A DNA stretch of 64,000 bases from Auanema rhodensis (taxonomy: Eukaryota; Animalia; Nematoda): positions 8,184,001 through 8,248,000 of the forward strand of contig OZ059897.1 of assembly GCA_964057225.1 (NCBI GenBank), given 5' to 3'. A program made the translations under genes and the position numbers. A model generated the notes under the pieces. That model worked only from the letters and a program-made list of their open reading frames with translations, searched no databases and was not told the origin of the DNA. How positions within the stretch are numbered: the first letter of the stretch is position 1; each line of letters begins with the position of its first letter. Positions 1 to 16,781 of this stretch are shown one piece after another.

Positions 1-711
1 TATGTCTACATATCATGTTTTTCTGATAATAGTTGTTGTTTACAGATGTGTTGTTATAGTTTGTTTGTTAGTGATTACAGATGTGGATATGTGGGAGCAC
101 ATAGACGAATACGAGCCGGAATTTCTTTTAATTATTCTGATTAATGATGATGTTGAAATGAGTACGATCAAGCAAGATTCAGCAGATTTGTTTAAAAATA
201 ATTTTCAAAAATCGAGCCGAAAATGAGATTTGGTGATGATTCATTGAATCGAGAAAAACAATCGTCAGTTGGTTGTGGTGGTGGTGGTTGGTGATGGAGA
301 TGGTTGTTCACATGTCCACTTAATGACTCATTTCAACCGAAAAATTTTTGTGTTTTATGTGTTTTTACGAGAAGAGAATTGAATATTATCTAAGATGATA
401 CACTGACTCATCAAATAATTTAGATATCTTTCAAAGAATTTAAACCATTTTCTCAGATTATTTAGTCGTATAGCATTGAAAAATCGTTATTTCTTATTAA
501 ATACTCTAGTAATACTATACATATATAGTTAATATAGTATTTTTGAAATTCATTACAAATCACAATTACTTCAACATGAGCTTTCTATAAGAACTTCTCT
601 CTCTCTCTCTATCTCTGGTAACGGGTAGTATCGTATTTCGTGGTTCCAGAAGTAGGTACAAACCTACGACAACTAGATGATGATTGACAATACAAATGGC
701 GGCAGAACTTA

Positions 712-740
712 CGAGAGAGAGAAAGAGAGAGAGAGGGAGG

Positions 741-771
<31 letters not shown>
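712..771 (+). repeat. (GA)n imperfect microsatellite, with a (CT)n tract at 596-610
   Basis: Directly visible dinucleotide runs. Confidence 0.9.
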
Positions 772-772
<1 letters not shown>

Positions 773-1026
773 AACATAATAAAAGAAGAGTATAAGGAAG
801 ATAGAAGAAATATGTTTCTGAGTGAGAATAACAGCAGACGAAAACGAGCGCGAATTTTATAGGAAAGAGGAAAGATGATGACGAGTTGAGTGTGAGATGA
901 TTGTCCAAGGACAATTGTTCTCATCTTGATAATATTACCAAATATATAATTAATTCAAAATAATAATAATAAAGAAAATTTCTTTTGAAATAAAAATTTA
1001 AAAAATAAAGAAAATTTCAGAATTAC

Positions 1027-3858
1027 CTTCTAAAATTTTAGTTCGACGTTCTAACATAGCATTCAGCTCATCTGGATTTTCTACTTTAGGGCTACATTTC
1101 TGAAATAAAAAAGAAATTAAAGTATTAAAAGGAAAGTTTTTATTGCATTCGATCTAGATAAAGATGAATTAACCAACCACATGTGGTAATCATTTATATT
1201 TTTAAAGAAAAACATATGTTAGCACGAGTATTGTAAATACAATGAATATTACTTGTCTTTTCTACAAAATTTTACAAGAAAAAAGCTTTTGTTTTTGTTT
1301 AAAGCCTTGTTAACAAGCCAAAAACTGCGAAACTTACTTTGATGGGAGGTGAAGGAATTGGCTTTTCATCTTCAACTGACATCAGGGGATCACACAACAA
1401 GCCCAGAGGACTTACGATAGGCTTCTACAAATATTATTTTTGTAATGTTTTTAGTTGAAAGATATTGGAAACAATTCGTTTTTTTTTTGTTTTAAATGCA
1501 CTTAGATTTTCTTTTCTTTTTCTCATTTTGACTTCAAAAAGACAACAAAAGTTTTGTTTGTATTGTTTATGACCTGAGGGATTTTCAGGAAAATTGTATT
1601 TTTCCTAAAATTTAAAAATATTTAAGCTAAAGAAAGTCTATGAAAATTAAATTAAATTATAAATAAATTATCGTTCTATATAAATGGCGCTAGAAAATAT
1701 CAAATATCTTACTCGTACTACTGGAGATTGAGGACGGCTTTGAGGCTTGGGAGGCGGAACTGGTGGTGGTGTAGATGGTCTCGATGAGCTATAATGAGCA
1801 TCGTATACTATTCCAATTGCAATTTCTCGGAGAAAATGAAGATAAAGACAACTAAACTTACTTTCCACATTCTGTTTTGATCATTTCAATGAGAAGAGGG
1901 GACGGTACGTTTCTTAGTGCTGTCCTCAAAAGTTCTGGAGATTTTGCCGGAGTGTATGGACGATCGGAGATTTCTTCCAGCTTTTGTTGGGTTGCTTCAC
2001 GTTGTTTAGCCTCTTCTTCCTCTGCTTCTTTTGCAAACATTTCTTCCAATTCTTCGAATGAATCCTTTTTCCTTGGCAGTTCCACATCTTCAGAAGGGTC
2101 AGATGTATCCACGACCATTGTCTTTGAGTCCTCTTCTGGAGCAGATGGTTGCGGAGGGAGAGTTGTGGCATTCACTTCTTGATCTTCTTGAACTCTAACC
2201 GGCTTTGGAGGAGGTGGAGGTAATGGCATATCGGATGATGCTACTTCGCTGGATGCTGGAGGAGAGAAGGGTGGTGGTGGTGGAAAATCTGGCAACATTG
2301 GTGTAGTTTGAGTTGTGTCATCCTTAACTTCTGGAGCTTTTGGTGAAGTGCATGGCTTTGCTGGCGTAGGTGGAGGGCAATTCGACGCTACTGTCGATGG
2401 CTGGTCGTGAGAATAAATCAGATTATTCGATGTGTCTTCAACAAGAAGAGGATTTATGATCTTCTTGTTTCGCTGAGCAGCTAGCTTTTTCTCCAACTCG
2501 CTGCCATCCGATTCGACCTCTTTCCTAGTTGGGGTACTGGATCGTTTATGATGTTGAATAGATACTATTGGACATTTAGATTGTACTTGAATATTTTGTA
2601 AGTTGTTATCATATTCCTTCTGAAGTAAATCACGAATTGTTGTCTTTGGTGGAATTCCTTGCGCTGGTTTTGCAGTAGACGGAGAAGGTGAGCAAGGTGT
2701 GGGCACGGGAGAACATGAAGTAGGAACCGGTGATGAATTAGAAGAAGCTTCAACTGTTGAAGGAGGAGGCGGAGGAGGAACAGTTGGAGAGCTAACGGCT
2801 TTAGTTGGGCTTAGACTAGCTGGAGCTTCCGAGATGGCACTTGGAGGTATAGGTGGAATAGGTGAAGAAGGTACTGGAGGAGGAACCTGAAAAAGATGCA
2901 ACATCACGATTCGCCGAAGCATTACGTAAGAGCAAAAAGACGTTTTCGGTCTTTTCTTCGGTAGTCATTACTAACACCAAAGCAATTGCTTCTCTCTCTA
3001 CTGTGATCTGTCTATTTCTTTACAGATGACATAACCGCACTTAGAAGAAGCCAATGTTGTAATATAGTGGTGGCTCATCACATTTTCGTAAGAACACGAA
3101 ATGATCTTTCATACTATACATTCACATCTACATATATTTTGAGAAAAAATATTATATTTTACGTAAAAAATGCTTTTTTCTAGAAGAAATATTTGAAAAA
3201 TTCAAAATTTTGTTCAATTGAACGGGTCAGACAGCTCTTATGCTCTGAAGAATTATTTGTTTAAAGACGAGAATTTGCATAGTTCCTTGATCGTCGATGT
3301 CAAGAGAAGATGATTTTTAAAAATAAGCTTGTACTGATTGAACATGAAATTTTAAAACTTTTAAAGCATAATTCAGCAAAGTTTGATGGAAATTATTTGA
3401 TATTTCATACAGAACATGAACATTCCCCCAATTTCGCACGTGTATTTGAGCAAAAGGTTACATAGCATAAGCATTTGTAAAACTTTTTTTACACTTGAAA
3501 CTTAAAACTTAGAAACGATGCTAGAAAACCTTTGATCAAATAAATCATGATTGAAGACAAAATATAACAAATACAAAGGAACAAACTTACATTATTATTA
3601 TTTTCTTCTTTTCTTTCAAGAGTTTTTTGAATTAAATCATCAATAGAAATAGAATTATCAACTGCTACATATGGATTTTCAATAATCTGAGATATTTAAA
3701 TGGTTATTTTCAAAGAGAAATTAATAAAAAACCTTTTGTGGAATAATTGGAACCGGGGGAGGTGGAACTGATTTTAACTGATTTGCATCTTCAGCTTCTG
3801 GCTCTTGGACACAAGCAAGACGTTTTGCTAGTTTAGCAGCTAATTCTCGATCTGCCAT
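1027..3858 (-). CDS. efhd-1: Proline-rich EFHD/swiprosin-like protein, 5' part; the 3' exons probably lie beyond position 1
   Basis: ATG at 3858 after a TTTAAG acceptor. N-terminus MADRELAAKLAKRL resembles EFHD2 MATDELATKLSRRL. A large Pro-rich exon spans ~2888-1861. The exon ending at 1027 encodes PDELNAMLERRTKILEG, resembling the segment that precedes the EF-hands in EFHD proteins. The EF-hands themselves are not seen in the window, so the symbol is tentative. Confidence 0.6.
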
Positions 3859-5320
3859 GAAAATCTTAAAAGAAATCGTAAACTGAAAGAATTTGAAGGG
3901 AACGCAGAATAAATCCTGGAGAGACGTGTGAGTGTAGTTTGTGTAGTTATAGTTAACAAAACTTAATGATATATGAGGATAAGTAAGCAAATATAAGAGG
4001 AAGAGTCAACGAGTTTTTAGCAAAAAAAATTAAAAAGAAAAGAAAATTTGAAAAAAAAAAGAATAAACGAATGATTAAAAATTGAATATTTTATATGAAA
4101 ATATTGAATTAAAAGTTATAGAAAAAGAAAATCGCTGAATATTTAGAAATTTTGAAGAAAAAATTGAAGTAAAGCTAAGTTTTAGTTTTAAAGCTTTGGA
4201 GTCTTATAGCTAAGTTACTTAAAGTCACTAATTCACACATATATATTCAACAAACAACTAACTATTTCCAAAACTATAAACTTGATATCTTGGAATTGTT
4301 GAGAGGCTTCAAGGTGACGAATAACCGGATGAGATAGGATCTGTTCAAGTCGGATTGGGCGGAGTTTCTACGGACTCTGTCTGCACCAGCTCTTTCGTTC
4401 AGAAACTCAGCGCGCAAGAGATAGAGGAAGAGAGAGAGGGAGAGAAGGAAAAACTGAGAGCAGCTGAGTCTCTGTCACGGATGAAAGAGATGGAAATATG
4501 CAGTGATACAAGAGAAGAAAAAGCAGTGATTGATAGAAAGAGCAAACGAGATTAAGAGACAGAAGCCAGGTAGAGATATAAACAGGAAAGTCCATCGGTT
4601 AGAGGGCAATCAGCTGTTATCCGACTGGACACAAAGACTTTTTACAATACATATAAGAAGCCATGTGAGAAAAAGACTAATTTCAATCGAAAAAAAAACT
4701 TTTCCCATTGATAATATAGCTTTTTTCTAAAACTAATTCTCAAAATTTTGACGATTAAACAGAAAAAATTACAAAAATGTGAAGTAAAGTCAGATGAGTA
4801 GTTAACAAATCTCACTAACTTGATGAGATGAATCATAGGATAAACAAGCATACCGAAGATTCTGGAAATCCATTCAGCGTCTATAATTCCAATGGACATC
4901 AGTTGTCAAGCTTTTTCACGCCTATCGCTTGTAGAACAGCAGCTCATTTGAAAAACTGAAATTTAAGTTCCCAATTTGCTGGCCGAAGTCCATTCATCTA
5001 GTGTAGGTCAGCAGTTTTCTCAGATTTAAGGTATTCATCCGATGACTTTTGGTTGTTGAAGTCATTTATAGACCAAATAAGATTTATAAAAAATTTATTA
5101 ACAATCTCTTATTAAAATGCATAAAAAGCTAAATCTTTTGATCGTTCAGTAATTGTTTAATTTGTTTTTGGGAAGAAAAAAAAAATTCTGTAAACATGAT
5201 CTAGATTAGGAAAATACCCGAACTTTCAGTTTAATCAAGAATCTTAGAAGAATCAGTGATTAACGTATATTGAGACAAGGTAGCAAGTACATTGAATATT
5301 AGTTGTTCTTATCAATATCA

Positions 5321-10704
<5,384 letters not shown>

Positions 10705-11511
10705 TGCAACTTTAAAAATAAAGAAAAACCTTTAGAAATAACAAGAATGACAAAAAACTTCATTTTTTGGTAACAGAACTAATAAATTATTAGAGAAAAG
10801 TAGTGTAATAGCTCAAGCCCTTTTAGGACAAAGCCGGTTCCGATTTTAACAGACGAACTTCAGGTCAGAGTATAGTGGTAAGATGATAAAAAGGTAAGAC
10901 AAACGAAAAAAATGGAAAAATAGAAGTCAATATCATATTGTATGTGTATATAGGCTCAACAACTGATCATATTAGAGAATTTTGATAGTATGGATCATTT
11001 TGTGGTTTGGTCTGTCTTTCGTTTGATTTGAACCGCTGGATTGAGTATAGCTTGGAAAACTGTTTTTTATTAAAATCACGTTAACACCTAATATGAAACT
11101 AAAAAAAAACAAAAAAGCATCTTGTAAACGAAATTTGTACGACTAAATAAGATTCATCAAAAACGAATTAAAATGGGCAAAAAGCTGATAACGATAATAT
11201 CATCGGTACGACCCCTTTTTGAAACTTCTGATACCGTGTCTAATCAAAAACCTTAGCTGTAAGCTATATCTATTTAATTTCATGATATAAAACGTTTTCC
11301 ATATGGATGTTTATCTTCTATGTCAATACTACATACAAATTCTTGTTAATTGAAAGATTTGTACTTAAATTATTTATATAAAACCACCAAAAATGAAAGA
11401 AATAACAGGAATCATACGATATAGCTTACAGGTTCCTGTGGGAAACCGGACACAATAATCTTGTCCTACAATTTAGTGAACAAGTAAAATCGAAAGACAT
11501 GCCATCGGATC

Positions 11512-13089
11512 TTAATGACCTTCATTCTTAGAGTCGTCATTGTGAGTACTATCCTCATCTTGTACATCACTGGGAGTCTGGAAAAGTGCCTGATAAGTTT
11601 AAAAAATATTTTGTGACTTACTTCTGATGCATTAGAAACGTCATGAGCATCTGATGCATCTTCCGTTGATGTATCAGGATCCACTACTCCCTTCTTTGGT
11701 AAAGATTCATCTTCATTATCCAATGCCTAGAAATGAACTATTCATGAACAGCACTCATAGTGACACACCTTGCGTTTTCGGCCACCGTTCTTTTCAGACT
11801 CAACAGCATAAGCATGCTTGAGAGAGTCAAAAAATTGTTCTACATTAATATCAGTTTTCTAAAAAATAAAACAAAAAATAAACAAAATAAACGAAAAAAC
11901 CAACAGAAAATCCGATAGTAATGAGGAAAATTTGCATATGAGGGGAATCTGGACCCATTCCACTAATTTTTATTCGTTTCTGGTCAACCCTTTCTAAGAT
12001 CATATCATTAATAATTTTGGTATTAATAACAACACGATGGTTTCCAGCAGTACGAGCAACTAAATCATAGAAATAAAAGACGAAATTCAAATGAATATTA
12101 CTAATTCTATAATGAACTTCTCCTTCTCCTCGTCTTTTATTCAACTTGATATGACTGAGACCCTTTTCAACCCATTTACTTTTCTCTTTATCGAAGATAT
12201 GTAGTTTGCAAGCAGTCTGAAATATACCTTTAAAATAATCATCAAAATAGTTGACAAACCTGATGAACAACTTCATCATCTTCTTCTCCAGTTGTAACTG
12301 TAACACTTGTACTCGCTTGTTGCCTTTCTTCATTCTTCAATTTTTCAGCAGCAGCTGCAGCTTCAGCTTCCTCACGGAATTTAATAGGATTCTAAAAAAT
12401 CTACTTGATTTACATTTAGAACAATGCAATACTTACGCTCTCAGATTTCTCCTCAGGCTTTGAAGCAACGTTTTTGAATTGTTCTTCTGCTTTTACTGGG
12501 GCACTGTCACAGTTCTCAGCTGTGCCTTCATTTTCCTATAACATTTTTAATAAAACTCTATTTTCACACATTTTAATTGCCACCGAACCAAAGCTTAAAA
12601 TTATGATATTGATTGGATCATTCAGTGAAAACGCACAGCCGGTTATGCAACCATTCAAAATGAATTGACGCGGTTTTCAAAGTGACGATACGGTGCACAT
12701 TCAAATTTTCTTTTCAGTTTGACTTCAAATGACAAAAACTCGTGAAAGGATACAAAATCTAATTGAATCTAACAAAAAAGAAACTTACCATAATGACACG
12801 AGAAGCTATATTAGAACCGAAAACAAAAGCTGGTTGATCTTTAGATTTTTCTTCTTTTTCCCTCTTCTCAGCAGCCATTTTTGCGAGAACATCACTGAGA
12901 TTCTTCTTTTCCAGAACCAAATGCTTAGAAGCAGATGATGAATCAAAATTTTTCTTAGCTTAAAATTTTTAACCATTTAAGAATCTTACGAAAAAGGGAG
13001 AACTTACTCTGTGACCACATCTCATCAGCCTTCTTGGCCAATACAGAAGCCCGGAACACAGGCTTTTTAGGTTGATCTGAGTCGCCCAT
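11512..13089 (-). CDS. ran-5: RanBP1-domain (RanBP3-like) protein
   Basis: TTTCAG directly before ATG 13089. FGSG/FVFGS FG-like motifs. RanBD segment CKLHIFDKEKSKWVEKGLSHIKLN...RIVARTAGNHRVVINTKI, then an acidic tail and stop at 11512-11514. As recalled, the C. elegans ortholog also neighbours gldc-1. Confidence 0.8.
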
Positions 13090-13357
13090 CTGAAACAATC
13101 ATTATAATGAAATGCATAAAAGCTTCATAGCAACAAGAGATATAATAATACCACCTATGAGGAGCTCAATCTATTCAAATTGGAAGCATAATGCATAAAA
13201 GTTGAATATAGTAATAAAAATTAGTAAAATCAATTGATTTTCTTATAATATACTAATGAGTAACAAATAAAAGATAAAAATGATCAGAAAAAAGAAACAA
13301 AGTATAATTTCCGACAAAGGAGAGTCACGAATAGATAATGAAAGAATTCAAAACTGC

Positions 13358-13384
13358 ACTCTGTTTACAGCCTGTAAACAGAGT
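13358..13384. promoter_or_regulatory. Perfect palindrome with two inverted forkhead (TGTTTAC/GTAAACA) sites in the ran-5/mrps-16 divergent promoter
   Basis: ACTCTGTTTACAG-c-CTGTAAACAGAGT, almost midway between ATG 13089 (-) and ATG 13629 (+). Confidence 0.55.
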
Positions 13385-13628
13385 ACTCACTTTGTTCCCA
13401 CCGCCTTGAAGTATTCAGCTTTTTTAGTTTGGAAAGCTTGTAAAATTAAATGAAGCCACTTTCCATTTCAAAAGTTCTATTATTTTTTCAATATAAACTT
13501 AATTGATATCCATTTAACCCTGCATGTTCTTATTTAATTTTTTTTTCTTTATTAGATTGCTTTAACTCTTACTATTTACAGGTTATTGTTCCGTGTCGCA
13601 TGTTTTGTGAATTCTTAAAGTTTAAATT

Positions 13629-14173
13629 ATGCGAAAATTAGTTATCCCTAAATACTACGGTCGTCCTTCCATCGGTTTAGCACTATTTGGATGCACTAAC
13701 CGACCTTTTTACCATATTTGCGTTTTTCCTGATCGAGCATTAGGAAGAAGGTACGAAAGTAATATAATTGAGCAGGTATATTATATGAAAATTCAATAAT
13801 GAGACTTGTAACGTGTGACTTCAGATTGGAACTTTTGATCCACTACCAAATTTCAATAACGAAAAGCTAGTCGCCCTCAATTTTGGAAGAATTAAATATT
13901 GGATTGGTGAAAGAAACGCTCATATCTCTGTTCCTGTCCTAGAACTGCTTGGTAAGTAATTATTTTATTGTTATTTTGAGTTTAATTTCTTTAATTAAAT
14001 TTTAGGATTATCTGGACTATTCCCTATTCATCCTAAAACCTATATTAGAGCTCGTGATAACAGGGAAGCACTTCTTGCTGAAAATACCAAAGAAGCAAGT
14101 GAAGAAGAGGTTTGTATGATTCTCTTATTTTGAATTTCAATAGCATTTTCAGGTTCAAGCTTCTCAGCAATGA
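13629..14173 (+). CDS. mrps-16: Mitochondrial ribosomal protein S16 (bS16m)
   Basis: [43 protein letters not shown]...[12 protein letters not shown]...[38 protein letters not shown]. Stop is TGA 14171-14173 if the 43-nt intron 14110-14152 is removed, or TGA 14131-14133 if it is retained. Confidence 0.95.
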
Positions 14174-16657
14174 TCTCCTCTCAAAATAGTAAACTCTTGT
14201 TTTCAAACTTAGTCTTTTTATTTGTTATATGTTGTACGTTAGAAGATACTTGTTTTCAAAACGTTAAAATTTATCACAATTCCAATAATAGCAATTTCTA
14301 TGATATCATAGGAAGTTCTTCAGAATGTTCTAGATTAGTTCAGTCCAGAAGTATGTTTATTTCTCATTTACGTATTAATCTCGATTACTTCTAGGTTCCT
14401 CTGAGCCAAAGCCATGTGACCCCAGTATATTAACCATGAGCATATCCCCAAATTCTTCATTTTATCAGGGAAATGTGTATGTTTTTTAGTTCATATTTTA
14501 CTTTTTAAATTTTGCGCTTTAGTATTCCCGATGTCAGGTTAAACTTTTCTGTTTTGATTTTTGAACATGTTGAAACGGTAGATTTTCGTCTTCAATGCTT
14601 ATATGCTCCTAATCACGAAGATACCTATTGTCATGACTCCACCAAGTAAGTAAAAATAATTTTTTCTTTTCATCAATTTTTTTTTAAAGAATGATTGTTA
14701 ACAATACTTGGCTTTGGCCTTGTAGAATGTTACAATTTCGTGGTAAAGAGGAAGAAGTTCGTCTTCCATTTTCATTTGGTTATAGCTGTTTCCGTATTTA
14801 TGGTCAATCCCATTATATGGTTAATGTAACACTACAACCTCAGAACTGCCGGTATTTTCTTATATTATTTATTTTGTTTTAACAATTTCGGATTATACAG
14901 ATCGTCGCTAATTTTTACGGCCCCAGATGACATTAACCTCTTCCCAGACATTGCTGATTTCTACAAAGTGCCGTTTGTATGGTCGCCTATGTTGATTGTT
15001 GATACATCCGAAGACGATGGCATTTGGTTTAGAATTGAAAAACCAAAAACAATTTATCGTATGCTCTAAGTTTCAATTTTTGAGTAACTTATTCTTTCTT
15101 CAGCTTATAATGTAAAAATTGATTTGTTCAAGTATTTACGAATCAAAGATAAACCTGGTCTTCAACTTCATGATAGCTTCATGATATCAACTCCTTCCCT
15201 CGGTTATAAGGTAAATTAGCTTTTTTAAACACAATATAGTCATTATTTTAGATAAGAAACACTGTAAAAGGTGACTATGTTGCTTATGCTTATGTCCCAA
15301 AATACGATTGCCGTCTTGTTTGTCCATCTTCTGATTTGCCATCTGATGTGGAGTGCCGTATATGCCAGCATACGAAGCTAAATTTTACAATTGACACTTC
15401 TAAAGGAGATTTCTTCTGGAAAAGTCTAGTAGCTGTTGAGGATTCCTGGGTTGTTATAGTTATATTCTTGTTAGGTATGCTCAAATTGATTTTTTTCATA
15501 AATGTAGTTTTCTTTGTAGGTGTATTCACCGTTTGTTTCTTGGGTATCGCCTCATTTCTCTGTTTTCTTCGCAAAAAACCAAATAGAAGTGTGTATGTAG
15601 AGCTTGTTGAACGACCTACAGTATGTATTTTTGTATTTTCTTTGAAATTATCTAATATTATCTAGGTTTTGGTGTTATATTCTGATGACACAACGGAGCA
15701 TTCTCATGCTGTTGCTAAATTTGCTGATTTACTAGCTTCATCAGCTAATGCTTCTGTTCGTATCGATATTAATGAGCTTATTTCAACAGGTTTTTTAAAA
15801 TTTATAGTGTTTTTTCTTATTTTGAACGTTTGTAGGCTCGTTGCCGTCTCGATGGCTTATCGAGTCTATGGGAAAAGCGTCTAGTGTCTTACTTGTATTA
15901 TCTCAAGCATCAGAAGGAATTTTGAATGGTCGTAAATTAGTTCAAAGAAGACCGTTTCCTGATATGTTTTCTATTGCTTGTGATTTGGTTATTCAGGTAG
16001 AAAAAGTTTTTCCAATTCCTAATCATTATCATTGTTTCCTTTAGGATTGTACAACTCATCCATCAAGCAAATCCAAGTTTGCCACTGTTCGTTTTCCATA
16101 TTCTCCTCAATCTGTTCCATATCATCTTGAAATGTTGGGTCTTCAGAATTTTGATGGTATCATTTCTGTATCAAAGATATATTTCAAGGAGTTTTTTGTT
16201 TCAGTTCCGAAGGATCTTGCTCTTCTTACAGCCTTTTTACATAGACTGAGTCACTCAAATGTTGAGCAAGATATGAGCAATTCATCTTCACTTCAAACGT
16301 TTATGGAATCTTTGACAGCTGCACAAGATTATATGAAAAATAACCCAGATTTTTTCGAAAATATGTGGCAGTTTGTGAGTTGATAGTATCCAACTTTTTC
16401 TATTTTAACTTTTACTTTCAGGAAACTACTACTGAGACACTAGATATCAAAGATTTACCTCCTAAGAATGATCTAACTGTTCAGGAGATTAATCCTGACA
16501 CTGAGGGACTGTTATTACCTGATGATGAATCGGTATGTTTTAATAGTTTCACAATCTGTGATTAATGTTTTTCTTTCAGAATGATGAGGGGTCGTACAAT
16601 AGCCAGGGCTCGTACAACATCCTACCACCTGGTTCTGATGACTCTGACATAGATTAG
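14170..16657 (+). CDS. ilcr-2: IL-17 receptor-like type I membrane protein with a cytoplasmic SEFIR domain
   Basis: Signal peptide from ATG 14170 and in-frame splicing through a Cys-containing ectodomain. TM segment WVVIVIFLLG..VFTVCFLGIASFLCFL, then SEFIR-like VLVLYSDDTTEHSHAVAKFADLL...RIDINEL...PSRWLIESMGKASSVLLVLS...RRPFPDMF. Stop TAG 16655-16657. Position between mrps-16 and a zinc-finger gene matches the recalled C. elegans F56D1 order. Confidence 0.82.
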
Positions 16658-16781
16658 TTTTTGCTATTATTAAATGTGATAAATAATTTCTTAATTAATG
16701 TCCTTTATTTATTTTTTTCGGTTAAAACCGACTTTATATTTGATTGTTTTTTCTATTATTTCTAAAATATCAGCATTGTAG

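Noticed and set aside
609-924. Overlapping ORFs with SLSLSL/EREREK runs (also at 22869, 27672, 28195, 29229, 29883, 32306 and 37893)
   Set aside because: They are translations of GA/CT microsatellites with no splice context or domain.
1877-2890. Plus-strand Ser/Gly-rich ORFs
   Set aside because: Antisense shadows of the proline-rich minus-strand exon.
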